This document shows, in pieces, positions 63,501 to 64,000 of a stretch of DNA of 64,000 bases. Source of the DNA: Eledone cirrhosa. Taxonomy: Eukaryota. Below the pieces are notes generated by a model, which searched no databases, was not told where the DNA came from, and was given only the letters and a program-made list of their open reading frames with translations. Every line of letters starts with the position of its first letter. Position 1 is the stretch's first letter. The position numbers and the translations under genes were made by a program. Location: the NCBI GenBank assembly GCA_964016885.1, contig OZ024741.1, forward strand, positions 325,686,001-325,750,000, read 5' to 3'.

Positions 63501-64000
63501 AGTCAAGCAACAGTTAACGGGAGCCATCGTCAACAATAGATGGTGGTACTCTCTCAAGAAAGCAATTAGAATAGAATCGATAGGGTATAGCAGAGAGTTA
63601 GCCTTAGAGAAAAACAGAATAGAAAGAGAACTAGTAGCCAAGGTAGAGGAGGCACTTAGAAGTGGCAACGCGGCTAGAGTGTTAGCGTCGAGAACGGCAC
63701 TGGACCATTTCTTCGATGCGAAACACGAAGGCTGCGTGGTCAGAAGCAAAACACGTGCTCTAGGAATCGAAGGAGCGAAAGCTGTCAGCTGGGCCCGAGT
63801 GGCGGAGGCAAAAAGTGGCAACAAGTCCACGATTCGGTCTTTGAAAGACCAAAACGGACGCGTGCTACTTGACCCCAAGCAAATGTGCGCGGCCTTTCAG
63901 CGGCACTTTGCGCGACTGTTTGAGCAGAACAACGGTGAGGCGAACGGGGCAATGGACTTTAGTTCATACCTCGACGGCCTGCCGCGTCTCTCGAACACGG
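60596..64000 (+). mobile_element. E14: full-length-type copy (ORF1 like E4), cut by window end
   Basis: 5'UTR; ORF1 ~60802-62670 frameshifted near 61940 (CFRCGSTSHLKASC; ends MEIEQPDLQETKR*); ORF2 from ATG 62712, frameshifted near 63220. Confidence 0.93.

Overview
Repeat-dominated animal genomic DNA; the SINE types and microsatellite density suggest octopus/cephalopod (inference). About 50 of 64 kb are two head-to-tail arrays (1-28.8 kb and 42.6-64 kb) holding 15 copies of an L1/Tx1-like non-LTR retrotransposon. ORF1 is gag-like with one CCHC knuckle; ORF2 encodes APE endonuclease, RT and a C-terminal CCHC. All copies are on the + strand, come from several diverged subfamilies, and nearly all are separated by (TATC)n tracts, which points to strand-specific targeting of the GATA/TATC microsatellite. 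The diverged copies act as a natural alignment and reveal an unexpected cis-architecture. (i) A GTRAGT donor lies in the first ~20-85 nt of every full-length copy. (ii) A second donor overlaps the ORF1 stop. (iii) A pyrimidine-rich acceptor uses the ORF2 TAG stop, and the next bases recreate the ORF1 stop in the matching phase in most testable copies, so ORF2 looks like one intron. (iv) Both UTRs carry covarying hairpins, and AATAAA abuts the TATC tract. The 13.7 kb spacer holds microsatellites, SINEs, RTE-like 3' ends, a mariner remnant and a truncated minimal hammerhead motif at the second array's left junction. No host gene is confidently seen. All functional statements are inferences from sequence alone.
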